A stretch of 64,000 nt of DNA from Sphagnum compactum (Eukaryota). The translations under genes and the position numbers were made by a program. The DNA is taken from NCBI GenBank assembly GCA_965153455.1, contig OZ234494.1, forward strand, positions 4,526,001 through 4,590,000, given 5' to 3'. This document shows positions 61,851 to 64,000 of this stretch, in pieces. Within the stretch, counting starts at the first letter, position 1; every line of letters starts with the position of its first letter. The notes under the pieces are model-generated. The model was not told the DNA's origin. It made no database searches and worked only from the letters and a program-made list of their open reading frames with translations.

Positions 61851-62758
61851 TTGTTCTTGATGACCTTTGTATTGTGCTCCTAATTTTCCTAAACCCAACC
61901 TCCAAAAGCTTGGTGGAATGCAATCAAGCTCCATTAGTGGTATTCCTTTATTTTTCTTATGTTCAGACCAAGAAAACAAGTAGTGTGTTAATTCAAGATA
62001 TTTGTGCAATCCATATTCATGTGTCAATACACTAGTGTTAATTAAATCAAAGATGTCTACAAAATGAGTCTAGTCTAAATCTTCATCTATTGTTGTTGTG
62101 CAAGTTGTAAAAGTGTATTTAATTGTATGTTGTGCTTGAGCTCAAGGAAAATTGTGTTAACCCATTGTTTTTGCATTCTTTCCTACTACATAGACAACTG
62201 ATTTATCTATCCAACGAGAGTAAATGAACTTGCTGAAACTTTCCTTGTAAATCTTGTCAATATATGCAATTATGCTCTCATCTTGGTGATTCTTTGTCTT
62301 GGGTAGCTCTAATGTTTCTCTTTCACAATTTGCAGCACTATGTTCTCTTTCCCTTTGCTTTGTAGCTCTTTGGTTTCTTCCTTCATGTTGCTGGGCAACT
62401 CTATGATTTCTTCTTTCACTTTGTTAAGCAATTCAATCTTCTCTTCTTTAATTAATATGCTAGAAATCTCTATACTTTCCTCGGGCATCTGTGATTTGAG
62501 CACTATTACGCTATGACATAACAACTTTAAGAATGTTTGAAGTTCTGTGCCCAAGGCCGGCCTAATTTGAAATCTGTTACGTGGGATCTTATGATCCCAT
62601 GCAAGGTTATGGCTGAGAAGCTGACAAAAAAATACAAAGAGAAACTCTCCAGTGGTTTTCTTCATTGTTTTTCATGCCCTTGAAACTTGGATGATTCCTT
62701 GGTAGAGTGTTGGTCCTGTATTGCATACAAACTCTGTTGGTTAGTAGTATTAATTCAG

Positions 62759-62911
62759 AGTTTGTCATCCAGGGAGGATTGGGAAAAGAGGTATTGTCAA
62801 GCCGCGGATTATTTGAAACAAGCTACTGGTATTGGATTGGGGTGGGAACCTTGTTCGGGTACTCCATTCTCTTCAATTTGCTATTTTGCTTCTTCCTCAA
62901 AGTCCTAGATC
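62759..62911 (+). pseudogene. Isolated exon of a full-size ABCG (PDR-type) transporter, end of TMD1 / PDR-associated region
   Basis: LGKEVLSSRGLFETSYWYWIGVGTLFGYSILFNLLFCFFLKVLD, flanked by a CAG acceptor (62756-62758) and a GTAAGT donor (62912). No other PDR exons were recognised in the window. Confidence 0.75.
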
Positions 62912-64000
62912 GTAAGTTAACACTTCTACTTTCACTCTTCCCTTAAATTTTGAAAACTTATACTATACCCACTTTGTATCTGTTTTGTAAAATTCCTTGG
63001 AAACATCCTCAGGATGAAAGGAGTATGGACACTATCATTGTACGTTTTGATATGTCTCGTTTCTTGCTATTGCAGTATGAGCTTTCTATTCACATAACTT
63101 GAACTAGGGGAGAGAGTTCATGAACATTAAAGGTTGTATTGAAATGGGATGGACTTAAACTCAATTGCCCAATTGCCATGACATGTTATTCTTCCATAAC
63201 CCATACATAGGTGATGGTATTTTTTGCCTTGGGTCCCCTTGGGGCAAACGCCCTTGGTTTTGACATGACAATTTTTTTAATTTTAATTTTTTGTAATGAA
63301 AAATTCCTTGTTTACCCAAAATTTTTGAAATAAAATAAGAAAATTCCTATTATAAACTAATTGAATTATAATTTTTACTCAATAACTAATATATGGGACC
63401 ATATATTTTTATTCACATAGTTTTCCAATTAAAAAATATTTTTGTTTGGATTTTTTATGTAAGTCAACACACACACATTGCTTTTTCTTTTATCTCTTGT
63501 TTTTTTTTTTATACTAAGTTTGCAATTGTTTTCCCTTGGTACCTTGGATTAAGTTGAATGTAATACAATTGCATTTAGACACTAGCACCCAACATTATGA
63601 TTGTGATGGGTTGTTTTGGTGGGAAGGAGACCTAGGAATTTTTTAAATCCTTAGGTTTAGAAACTTTGCAGTTAATGTGTTGCTAGAATCATTTAATGTG
63701 TTGTACCCCTTTCAACCTTAAAAGTTGTACTCATCACCAAACATTAAAACACATAATGGAGTTCATTATTTGTAAATCCACCCTAAATCTTTCCTTTCAC
63801 CAAACACCTAAAGCCCCAAGTACATTTGGATTTTTTAGATTTGCAAGATATATGTGCATTACTTTGTGATGTATATGAGCTCATGTCCAAACATTTCCTT
63901 CAGTCATAGAACAACAAGAATTATACTTCTACCTTAAAATTCCCCCTTCACCAAACAATTTTGTCCAATAGTGTGGTTAATGGCCATATAGATGTACACA

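Overview
AT-rich land-plant nuclear DNA. Plant-type TTTAGGG repeats, intron-rich genes and degenerate intergenic TE relics suggest a bryophyte such as Sphagnum (inference only). Two intact spliced genes can be reconstructed on the + strand. The first is a 7-exon, 279-aa acireductone dioxygenase (ARD) family gene at 24149-27712 with unusual active-site substitutions and a repeat-derived acidic tail. The second is a 12-exon, 443-aa mitochondrial succinyl-CoA ligase beta subunit gene at 48375-54076 with one GC-AG intron. Between them is the most unusual object, a ~8.4-kb composite element at ~29340-37752. It is bracketed by a ~45-bp inverted repeat and carries several tandem arrays of one TGCAATACCTGCA motif, a ~720-bp degenerate telomeric array and a GAGCTC-rich satellite. 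It also carries a 3-coding-exon minus-strand gene not visible in the ORF track, encoding a ~372-aa protein with 12-aa repeats, a C2H2 zinc finger and an AT-hook-like motif, inactivated by four nonsense codons; no transposase is recognisable in the element. Other relics are a hAT (ZNF862-like) transposase, a CRE/RLE-type retroelement 3' end, a DD35D pogo transposase, an orphan ABCG/PDR exon, and several hairpins and tandem repeats. Most ORFs in the supplied track are spurious.
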